Shown: positions 19,201 to 26,930 of the stretch, one piece after another
Layout: every line of letters starts with the position of its first letter
Numbering within the stretch: the stretch's first letter is position 1
NCBI GenBank assembly: GCA_023229825.1
Contig: JALNYN010000003.1
Location: forward strand, 16,528-80,527
DNA length: 64,000 bases
Source: Minisyncoccota bacterium
GTDB lineage: Bacteria; Patescibacteriota; Minisyncoccia; Phycocordibacterales; CAIJYI01
Direction: 5' to 3'
Notes under the pieces: generated by a model
What the model was told of the DNA's origin: nothing
Database searches by the model: none
What the model saw: only the letters and a program-made list of their open reading frames with translations
Made by a program: the position numbers and the translations under genes

Positions 19201-20374
19201 AGAAAAAGAACGATTAGAAAATAGACAATCTTGGAACCCTGTATGTAAAATAAAGGATTTAAAAAGGGGTTATGTTTCTCAGGTTGTTAGGATGATTGCG
19301 GATCTTGCTGTTAAACATAACGCAATAATTGTAATGGAAGACCTCAACATGCGGTTTAAACAAATTCGCGGAGGTATTGAAAGGAGTGTATATCAGCAGT
19401 TAGAAAAACAACTTATTGATAAGTTTGGGTATTTAGTGTTTAAAAACAATAAACCAGAAGAAGGTGGTAACGTGCTAAATGGGTATCAACTTTCTGCACC
19501 TTTTGATACATTTGAGAAGATGGGAAAGCAAACAGGCATTATTTTCTACACACAGGCCGAATACACATCAATCACAGACCCCCTCTCAGGATTTAGAAAA
19601 AATATTTATATCAGCAATTCCGCTCCTCAAATTAAAATTAAGGAAGCTGTACAAAAATTTGATGCGATAGGGTGGGATAATGAATTTCAAAGTTATTATT
19701 TCCAATATGACCCAAGCGTCTTTTCTGATACAAATTTCGTTTTTGCTAAAAGATGGACAGTGTATGCCAAAGTTCCACGTATTGCACGAGAAAAAGATGA
19801 GAATGGTTATTGGCGATATAACTCGATTGATATAAATCAAAAATTCAAAGAATTATTTCAGTTATGGGGGTTTGACAACCTGGAAGGGGATATTTGGGAA
19901 CAAATTCAAGAAAAAGAAAGTGCTGGGTCGCTGAAAGGAGAAAAAGTTTTTGGTAAAAAGCCGCGAAGTTTTTATCATTCGTTCATTTATTTGTTTAATC
20001 ATATTCTCCAGTTACGGAATTCTTATTCGGAGCAGTGGGTGAGGGAAGAAATTAATGAAAAAATTTGCATTAAAAAAATTGGTGAAAATATTGATTTTAT
20101 CGCATCACCAGTAAAACCATTTTTTAGTACGTATGCAATAAATACTAAAAAAGAGGTTTTGTCTCCGAAAAATTTTTCCAAATTTGAAAAAATAATTATT
20201 TCTCAGGATAAAAAAAGAATAGAGGAAGAATTCAACGGAGACGCAAATGGTGCCTATAATATCGCAAGAAAAGGAATCATGTTACTGGAAAAAATCAAAA
20301 AAAACCCTGAAAAACCTGAATTATATATTTCAAAAACTGACTGGGACGAATTTGTAACGAAAGACACAAAATAA
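16286..20374 (+). CDS. cas12a: type V-A CRISPR single-effector nuclease Cas12a (Cpf1), 1362 aa
   Basis: N-terminus 'FTGKYGLSKTLSFELEPTEKT' (Cpf1 WED-I signature); RuvC-I 'IGLDRGEKHLVYY'; RuvC-II 'AIIVMEDLNMRFKQIRGGIERSVYQQLEKQLIDKF'; RuvC-III 'DANGAYNIARKG'; no HNH; adjacent cas4-cas1-cas2 and an array whose repeat ends in UCUACUUUUGUAGAU. Confidence 0.9.
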   Translation: MNEKKYIWDEFTGKYGLSKTLSFELEPTEKTRDFLKTNKVFERDQTIDNSYNQSKFYFDKLHQEFLKNTFSEENVVSLNFCKFAKSFDEKTKELIKIRKDLNIARKEKMNSNILQKKLIDAEDEIRKEKEELYKKIRILMDTEAEKWKKTYANKQLEGGKKIIFTKKEKKENKNLKGVGFLTSSSILQVLKYEFPASKDMEFISQGWPSLFVKADETLDNYGGKQYIFDSFDKFSGYLTKFQETRKNIYAENGITTAVSTRILSNLELFLVNKKTFESKYANSYKDIRGFKNTDIFNIKHYEKCLLQEGIESSEESGELGDSYNKIIGDLNKSIKEHRDQKESDAKKNKDKTFKRADYPLFKTLEKQILGEVQKERQLIEATENSTEEEVFLKRFREFAKLNEKHFDSAKKIMEKLFSSDDFIAEYGGIYVKNSSVNTISRRWFSDVYNFEKNLPQSSKTKAESDYIKIKKYISLADIKNSLDQLEGKPFKEDYYKKNIVDSTKSIWEQFLMIWKFEFSSLFKDVTKENNEVIHGYDFYFKLADKLSSFSKERKPEEIAIVKNYSDSSLRIFQMMKYVALDGYDIDKLSGVSGDFYSEMDEYIRNFPFNQYYNAFRNFVTKKPYDNDKIKLNFEKGTLLNGWAESPRGNAQYCGYILRKKDDYFLAVTEYTHFLDIEKYHLATKDYNSYEKLEYSSLDWGKNIAGGKVYASFTKTRYGESISYQDHKTILTKQQHVSLLKDIIKDKYVARFPELKAFIKQHFEDVLEMQKSFANLTLGGISFQNISGSWVDKQVIEEEGKKHELYLFRILNRDLRIKRTSSSNVHTLYWNALFSEENLEQQIFDILGNAEIFYRKASVGLKVRKNVKGEEYINKKGEKIVEGRRYSRDIISLHIPIALNSHKKSVKPGQFNKEINRYISKSYRDENVNVIGLDRGEKHLVYYSIVNPRGEIIDQGSLNKINGIDYYEKLITREKERLENRQSWNPVCKIKDLKRGYVSQVVRMIADLAVKHNAIIVMEDLNMRFKQIRGGIERSVYQQLEKQLIDKFGYLVFKNNKPEEGGNVLNGYQLSAPFDTFEKMGKQTGIIFYTQAEYTSITDPLSGFRKNIYISNSAPQIKIKEAVQKFDAIGWDNEFQSYYFQYDPSVFSDTNFVFAKRWTVYAKVPRIAREKDENGYWRYNSIDINQKFKELFQLWGFDNLEGDIWEQIQEKESAGSLKGEKVFGKKPRSFYHSFIYLFNHILQLRNSYSEQWVREEINEKICIKKIGENIDFIASPVKPFFSTYAINTKKEVLSPKNFSKFEKIIISQDKKRIEEEFNGDANGAYNIARKGIMLLEKIKKNPEKPELYISKTDWDEFVTKDTK

Positions 20375-20412
20375 CACGCATATTGCCAAATAGTCAAATA
20401 TATGCTATATAA

Positions 20413-20448
20413 AAAGTCGGGTGCTCTTGAATGAGCGCCCGACTTTTT
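20413..20448 (+). terminator. rho-independent terminator downstream of cas12a
   Basis: 'agtcgggtgctcttgaatgagcgcccgact' hairpin plus T6. Confidence 0.65.
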
Positions 20449-20464
20449 TAATAGTGAAAAATCC

Positions 20465-21007
20465 ATGGAACAATACATTCAAATATCTAAGATAAACGAC
20501 TTTATTTTCTGCCCGAAATCGGTCTTTTTGCATAGCATTTACGAGGGTTTTAAGGAAAGCATGTACCATGATACCCCTCAAATCGTCGGCAAGAAAAACC
20601 ATGAGAATATAGACAAGGGGAAATACTCGTCTGCCAAGCGATACCTACAAGGAACGCCCGTATATTGCCGCCAGTACAACGTAATGGGAAATATTGATGT
20701 ATATGACCAGCAGACGAAATCATTGATCGAACGCAAAACAAAGATCAAGAAAATTTATGACGGGTACAGATATCAGCTGTATGCCCAATATTTCGCATTG
20801 AAAGAAATGGGATATGACGTGGAAAAACTTTTTCTTCATTCCCTCAAAGACAACAAGCGATATGAAATACCATTACCGGACTATTCAGAAACTACAAAAT
20901 TTGAAAAAACGGTTCGCTGGATGCAAAAATTCGATATTCTTTGGAGCGACGTAAACGTTAGTCCGGAGAAGTGCGACAACTGCATTTATCGGCCCTTATG
21001 TCATTAA
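20465..21007 (+). CDS. cas4: Cas4 (RecB-like nuclease with Fe-S cysteines)
   Basis: N-terminal 'FIFCPKS' Cys plus C-terminal 'CDNCIYRPLC' Cys cluster; position between effector and cas1. Confidence 0.8.
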   Translation: MEQYIQISKINDFIFCPKSVFLHSIYEGFKESMYHDTPQIVGKKNHENIDKGKYSSAKRYLQGTPVYCRQYNVMGNIDVYDQQTKSLIERKTKIKKIYDGYRYQLYAQYFALKEMGYDVEKLFLHSLKDNKRYEIPLPDYSETTKFEKTVRWMQKFDILWSDVNVSPEKCDNCIYRPLCH

Positions 21008-21018
21008 TAACTACCTAT

Positions 21019-21987
21019 ATGATGTCATTGCCTGATTTTAAAGAAAAACAAATATTGCTTGTCAGAGCTGAATGGGGACAAAAATGTTCGCTTCGTTTTT
21101 TCAATGATAACATCGTATTTCGTAAAGACGGGAAGATCGTCAATCGCGCTTCGTGCCACAAGGTCTTTGCGGTTTTTGTCGTGGGAGATATCGCGATCAC
21201 AACCGGACTTATCAAAGACGCCATAAAGTTTGGAATATCGATCTTTTTATTGCGCAACAATTTTGAAACATACTCGACATTTTTGTCTCAAGCGGAAGGG
21301 AATTATCTTTTACGGCAAAAACAGTATCGGATGCCGGAAGCGGATGAGTTTTTTGCGTCGAAAAAAATCGTTCAAAACAAGATCGATAACCAAATCTCAC
21401 TGGTGCGAAGTACCGGAAAATGGAAGAATACTGCGGCAAGACGGAAAGAAATGATCGCGGATCAGTTAGAAAATATCATTGATAATCAAGAACTTTTAGG
21501 AGTGGAGGGGAACAATGCCCGAGTGTTTTTTGAAGAATATTTTGATGTTATCGGCTGGCGGAGACGAGCGCCTCGCGACAGGGAAGACATTCCGAATTTT
21601 TTGATGGATATAGGCTATACCTATCTTTTTCATTTTGTTGATTCGCTCCTTCGCCTTTATGGATTCGATACGTACAAAGGAATGTATCACAAATTATTTT
21701 TTCAAAGACGCTCGCTTGCTTGCGATATCATGGAACCGTTTCGGTGCATTATCGATAAACAAATTCGCAAGGCCTACAACTTAAAACAGATCAACGAAAA
21801 GGATTTCAAGGTTGAACAGGGGAAGTATGTGCTGCCGTTTGAGAACAACCAAAAATACTCGCAAATTTTCATGAAAGCGATTATGGACAACAAGGAAGAA
21901 ATCTTTAATTATGTTCGGGAATATTACCGTTTTATGATGAACCAAGAAAATCCGTTCCCGTATTATCAGGTTCACGTAAGTAAGTAA
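21019..21987 (+). CDS. cas1: Cas1 integrase (track ORF starts at 20971; an ATG at 21019 avoids overlap with cas4)
   Basis: Size, position, Cas1-like N-terminus 'ILLVRAEWGQKCSLRFFNDNIVF', acidic/His-containing C-terminal half. Confidence 0.8.
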   Translation: MMSLPDFKEKQILLVRAEWGQKCSLRFFNDNIVFRKDGKIVNRASCHKVFAVFVVGDIAITTGLIKDAIKFGISIFLLRNNFETYSTFLSQAEGNYLLRQKQYRMPEADEFFASKKIVQNKIDNQISLVRSTGKWKNTAARRKEMIADQLENIIDNQELLGVEGNNARVFFEEYFDVIGWRRRAPRDREDIPNFLMDIGYTYLFHFVDSLLRLYGFDTYKGMYHKLFFQRRSLACDIMEPFRCIIDKQIRKAYNLKQINEKDFKVEQGKYVLPFENNQKYSQIFMKAIMDNKEEIFNYVREYYRFMMNQENPFPYYQVHVSK

Positions 21988-22003
21988 GAAATTAAATAAA
22001 TTT

Positions 22004-22282
22004 ATGATCATTATCGCCTACGATTTCACCGATAATAAAGTGCGAACAAAATTTTCCAAATTCATCAACAAATTCGGGAAGAAAGTTCAATATTCCGTGT
22101 ATGAGGTACGGAACAGCCCGCGCGTATTGCAAAATATCCTAAAAGAGATAGAATTAACCTATAAGCAGCTGTTTCAGGGTTCGGACAGTATTCTGATTTT
22201 TCAGGTTTGCGAAGGGGACAAAAAGAAGATCGTTCGATACGGATATGCGGCAAATGACAACGAAGAAGTGCTTATTTTTTGA
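22004..22282 (+). CDS. cas2: Cas2
   Basis: 'MIIIAYDFTDNKVRTKFSKFINKFGKKVQYSVYEV'; 92 aa. Confidence 0.85.
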   Translation: MIIIAYDFTDNKVRTKFSKFINKFGKKVQYSVYEVRNSPRVLQNILKEIELTYKQLFQGSDSILIFQVCEGDKKKIVRYGYAANDNEEVLIF

Positions 22283-22524
22283 TCGAAATCAGGAACTTTG
22301 AAATGTAGCGCCTAAATATAGCGTGCTACGCCTGAAGTCTGCTCCCGCAGGCTTTGGTAATACCAAAGGGAGAAATCGTGTGTATGAATTTTTAACCATA
22401 TTTTGCACGGAAACCTCAGTCTTTATTTTCTGAGGATTAAAAATATGGCTCTATTTCAAGGGCGAGTCGTAGCGACATATGTGCGCTATTTGCATCTTTG
22501 TCCTTTAATAGAGCCATTTCCGCT

Positions 22525-24808
22525 GCCAAATTCCTATATTAGATTTCTACTTTTGTAGATACTGAAGTCATAACGTAAGCCACACTGCCAAATTCCTATA
22601 TTAGATTTCTACTTTTGTAGATTATACAACGGCGAAACCTTAAACAAGGCCAAATTCCTATATTAGATTTCTACTTTTGTAGATCGAACAAACGCTCGAT
22701 ATGGGGCATTGCCAAATTCCTATATTAGATTTCTACTTTTGTAGATAATGGGCTTGTAGCTCATTGTAGCGTGGCCAAATTCCTATATTAGATTTCTACT
22801 TTTGTAGATCTTATTATGGATATGTGTTATAATACAGCCAAATTCCTATATTAGATTTCTACTTTTGTAGATCTTATAAAAATATCGCCTTTGCGGTATG
22901 CCAAATTCCTATATTAGATTTCTACTTTTGTAGATATACTATATAATCCCGTTCTCTTTAAGCCAAATTCCTATATTAGATTTCTACTTTTGTAGATCCA
23001 ATTACGCATTTGTTTTCTTGACGAAGCCAAATTCCTATATTAGATTTCTACTTTTGTAGATTAGTAGTTAAACCTAAAAATATGCGAGCCAAATTCCTAT
23101 ATTAGATTTCTACTTTTGTAGATTCGCCTTCGTCGTCGGTATCTCCGAGGCCAAATTCCTATATTAGATTTCTACTTTTGTAGATCTGAGCGACAAACGC
23201 GTTTTATCGCGGCCAAATTCCTATATTAGATTTCTACTTTTGTAGATTTCTTTTGTATTTCATATAATTTTTAAGCCAAATTCCTATATTAGATTTCTAC
23301 TTTTGTAGATTTATAGGAGAAAATACTTTTCATATTGCCAAATTCCTATATTAGATTTCTACTTTTGTAGATTCTTCGTCTTTGGAATGTGTGAAAGTGC
23401 CAAATTCCTATATTAGATTTCTACTTTTGTAGATCCTCGCGTCACGGTCTCTCTGAAGAGAGCCAAATTCCTATATTAGATTTCTACTTTTGTAGATGAT
23501 AACCAGCGTTGCCGAACAAATACCGCCAAATTCCTATATTAGATTTCTACTTTTGTAGATAATAGTCATGTTATTCAATTCCTTAATGCCAAATTCCTAT
23601 ATTAGATTTCTACTTTTGTAGATATTCGGTTGTTTCGTCAACCCCGGCGGGCCAAATTCCTATATTAGATTTCTACTTTTGTAGATGCTTCTTTCCGCCC
23701 ACCCTGTAGACGGCCAAATTCCTATATTAGATTTCTACTTTTGTAGATCAATAACACACGCTGTCAATAGGTGAAGCCAAATTCCTATATTAGATTTCTA
23801 CTTTTGTAGATCACGTTACAAAAGTAACCGCAAACAGCCAAATTCCTATATTAGATTTCTACTTTTGTAGATAAAGCTAATAAAGAGAAAATAAAAGTGC
23901 CAAATTCCTATATTAGATTTCTACTTTTGTAGATCGCGAGTATGAAGAACTCCACGAACAAGCCAAATTCCTATATTAGATTTCTACTTTTGTAGATCTG
24001 TATGGCGCGATTAAGGAGCGGGAGGCCAAATTCCTATATTAGATTTCTACTTTTGTAGATAGACAGAGTAAAGTATAGATATAGAGGCCAAATTCCTATA
24101 TTAGATTTCTACTTTTGTAGATCTTATATGGTACACCCCCTAGGGGGCAAGCCAAATTCCTATATTAGATTTCTACTTTTGTAGATACGAAACACAGCAG
24201 GAAACCATAAAGCCAAATTCCTATATTAGATTTCTACTTTTGTAGATCCGCTGACGCGCTTGCAGTTTTTGTCGCCAAATTCCTATATTAGATTTCTACT
24301 TTTGTAGATCCCTTTCGTGTGACATCCAATTTCGTGCCAAATTCCTATATTAGATTTCTACTTTTGTAGATCGACGGTCGGGCTTACGATCTCCGACGCC
24401 AAATTCCTATATTAGATTTCTACTTTTGTAGATAATTTGCTTTATCAGTTATAAAAAATGCCAAATTCCTATATTAGATTTCTACTTTTGTAGATTCCTC
24501 CCACCATTGCCAAATTCTGACTGCCAAATTCCTATATTAGATTTCTACTTTTGTAGATCCAATATTCTATTGTGTATTTTTTTTGCCAAATTCCTATATT
24601 AGATTTCTACTTTTGTAGATCTCTCGACACAAACACTATATTCGTTTGCCAAATTCCTATATTAGATTTCTACTTTTGTAGATAATCAATATACATTACA
24701 GATGGTTTATGCCAAATTCCTATATTAGATTTCTACTTTTGTAGATTCCGGGGCGATAAGGCAAGACCCGTAGCCAAATTCCTATATTAAATTTCTACTT
24801 TTGTAGAT
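22525..24808 (+). CRISPR. CRISPR array, about 37 copies of a 36-nt repeat GCCAAATTCCTATATTAGATTTCTACTTTTGTAGAT, spacers 25-28 nt; same strand as the cas genes; leader at 22283-22524; last repeat degenerate (G->A)
   Basis: Directly visible periodicity of 62-63 nt; 3' end of the repeat forms the tctac-tttt-gtaga hairpin characteristic of Cas12a crRNA. Confidence 0.95.
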
Positions 24809-24872
24809 TTTACATATTTACATTAATTACAGTAAACTTGTAAAAGTCTGTTGGGCATGATATAATGGATAT

Positions 24873-25610
24873 ATGTCTACGTGGATACAAAATAAGCGGA
24901 AATTATCGGGGCTTTCTCAGGAAGAAGTCTCGAAAAGCTTGGATATTTCTCGTCCGACCTACGTTAAACTTGAACAAGGGAAGATAAAGCCGAACGAACA
25001 GCAAAAGGCAATTTTGGCTCGATTGTTCGAGGTTTCGGAAGATGTTTTTGAAAAAAGTTCGGCAGAGCCGGAACAAATTTCCGGCACCGTTGAAATTCGC
25101 GAAATACCGAAAGAAAATTCTAAAAAATTCAAAGAAGTTTTGCTGTATATTCTCGGCAAAGTGGGAAGTCGGCTGAATATCGGACAGACCGTTCTTTACA
25201 AATTGCTCTATTTTATCGATTTTGATTATTACGAAAAATACGAAGAACAGCTGATCGGCGCGACGTATATCAAAAATATATATGGTCCAACGCCGGTTTC
25301 TTTTGCAAAGATCATAAAACAAATGGAACGTGATGGAAAGCTGGTTGAAGTAAAAAGCAAATATTTTGATAAAGACCAGACAAAATATATTCCGGTCACA
25401 GAGGCGGATGTTTCGAGTTTAAGCGGACAAGAATTGAAGCATATTGACGATGAACTGGAACGGCTCGCGCATTTTTCAGCAAAGCAATTATCCGAACTAT
25501 CTCATAAAGATACTCCTTGGCTCGTTGCGAAGGAAAAGGCGGTTATAAATTACGAACATGTGTTTTACCGACCGGAAGAAACCTCGGTACGCGAATATGA
25601 GCCACTTTAA
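24873..25610 (+). CDS. HTH (XRE-family) + DUF4065/Panacea-domain protein, putative PanA-type antitoxin
   Basis: N-terminal 'LSQEEVSKSLDISRPTYVKLEQG' HTH; C-terminal 'LYKLLYFIDFDYY','YGPTPVSF','LSHKDTPW' matching DUF4065 landmarks. Confidence 0.55.
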   Translation: MSTWIQNKRKLSGLSQEEVSKSLDISRPTYVKLEQGKIKPNEQQKAILARLFEVSEDVFEKSSAEPEQISGTVEIREIPKENSKKFKEVLLYILGKVGSRLNIGQTVLYKLLYFIDFDYYEKYEEQLIGATYIKNIYGPTPVSFAKIIKQMERDGKLVEVKSKYFDKDQTKYIPVTEADVSSLSGQELKHIDDELERLAHFSAKQLSELSHKDTPWLVAKEKAVINYEHVFYRPEETSVREYEPL

Positions 25611-25947
25611 TCAACTGCCCGAATTTGAGAAAGACCTTAAAAAGCTTTCTAAAAAATATCCTACACTTCGTCAAGATCTCAATGATCTGGAGGATGTTTT
25701 GCATACTTTACCGACAGGAAGTGGTAAAAATTTTACCATTATTCACCATTCTGAAAAAGTAAAACTCGTCAAAACTCGCCTTGCGTGCAAAAGTTTGAAA
25801 AATAGAGCGATGAGGGTAATATATGCATACCATGATGATACTGTCACTTTTGTCTACATAGAAATCTATTTTAAAGGAAATAAGGCAAACGAAGACCGCA
25901 AACGTATTTCTGAATATTTGAAAAGTAGATCTCCTTCACTCCGGTAA
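25597..25947 (+). CDS. RelE/ParE-superfamily toxin-like protein (ATG at 25597 overlapping the upstream stop by 14 nt; track ORF is 25558..25947)
   Basis: 'FEKDLKKLSKKYPTLRQDLNDLEDVL' and C-terminal 'RVIYAYHDDTVTFVYIEIY' resemble the RelE/StbE-ParE fold signature. Confidence 0.5.
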   Translation: MSHFNQLPEFEKDLKKLSKKYPTLRQDLNDLEDVLHTLPTGSGKNFTIIHHSEKVKLVKTRLACKSLKNRAMRVIYAYHDDTVTFVYIEIYFKGNKANEDRKRISEYLKSRSPSLR

Positions 25948-26463
25948 GATCCGAATAACAAAAGACGGCGTACGTGGATTCCGGATCGCGGTCCGGAATG
26001 ACGGACGATAATAATTCTTACAAACGCAGCATGCTCCATATCATTTTTTAAGGTATCACCCTACCACTACGAATCGCTCGCGACAGCGTTTTTTTTGGTT
26101 AAAAACGCAGTACTTGACACAATGTGTTATAATGTGTTGAAATGCTGAATTTGGTTTTTGGACGGAAATGGGTAAAATGGCTGAAATGACGAAAAAATCA
26201 GATAATCTATATTTTGCATTAGCCATGAAATCATGGTGGACCGCGGGCTAGGGGATAGAAAGTTTTTAAAATATATTTTATTGTGTATAATCTATTCATT
26301 GTATTAATTGTTTAATAAATTTAGTAATGGAAACTAGTATTCAAATGTTTAGGGGGAGTATCTTATGTGTTTATTTTGCTATATTACCAACGTCGCACAA
26401 TCATTCTTTTACGACGTTCAGCTAGGGCCGTTTTCTAGAGATCTAATTCTTATAATAAAATAA

Positions 26464-26488
26464 GGCGCTCATAAAGCGCCTTATTTTA
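26464..26488. terminator. bidirectional rho-independent terminator
   Basis: 'aaggcgctcataaagcgcctt' hairpin flanked by A- and T-runs. Confidence 0.7.
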
Positions 26489-26506
26489 TATTTCTTGTGA
26501 TCGCTT

Positions 26507-26770
26507 CTATTTGGCCGGAATGAACGTACGCAGGTTGTTCCAGATGAGCTCTATTATGACATTATTCCAGATGAAAGCTCCCGCCCCTTCCAGATAGTTC
26601 TTCCAGACTCCTTTCAAGAAATGGATCATACCGTTCAGTGAATCGCGGAGCTCGGCGTGCGAATCGATGTAGCCTCGGATGTCTAATTTGAAATACCAGA
26701 CGATGACCGAGAAAATTGCGAACATGATCATGAGATGTATAAAACCGCCTTGTGTGTTTTTCTTTGTCAT
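26507..26770 (-). CDS. hypothetical membrane protein (87 aa)
   Basis: ORF track; one TM helix. Confidence 0.35.
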   Translation of the reverse strand: MTKKNTQGGFIHLMIMFAIFSVIVWYFKLDIRGYIDSHAELRDSLNGMIHFLKGVWKNYLEGAGAFIWNNVIIELIWNNLRTFIPAK

Positions 26771-26930
26771 AAAAGTTTTTTTAGTTTGATAAGGCGTGGA
26801 TCCCGGGTCCCGGCCCGGGATGACGATCGAAATATAAATGAACCGTCTCTAATAATATCGCCGGACGTGGATCCCCGGGTCGTGCCTTGCCACGCCGTAG
26901 CCTTGGCGAAGGATGGGCCTGGGATGACGA

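Noticed and set aside
16286-20374. Large effector being Cas9 or another type II/V-B protein
   Set aside because: No HNH motif, N-terminus matches Cpf1 rather than Cas9 RuvC-I at position about 10, and the repeat has the Cas12a 3' hairpin; no cas9-type bridge helix
15790-22524. tracrRNA / anti-repeat near the cas genes
   Set aside because: No segment complementary to the 36-nt repeat (or to its rc 'atctacaaaagtagaaatctaatataggaatttggc') in the upstream gap, between cas genes or in the leader; consistent with a tracrRNA-independent type V-A system
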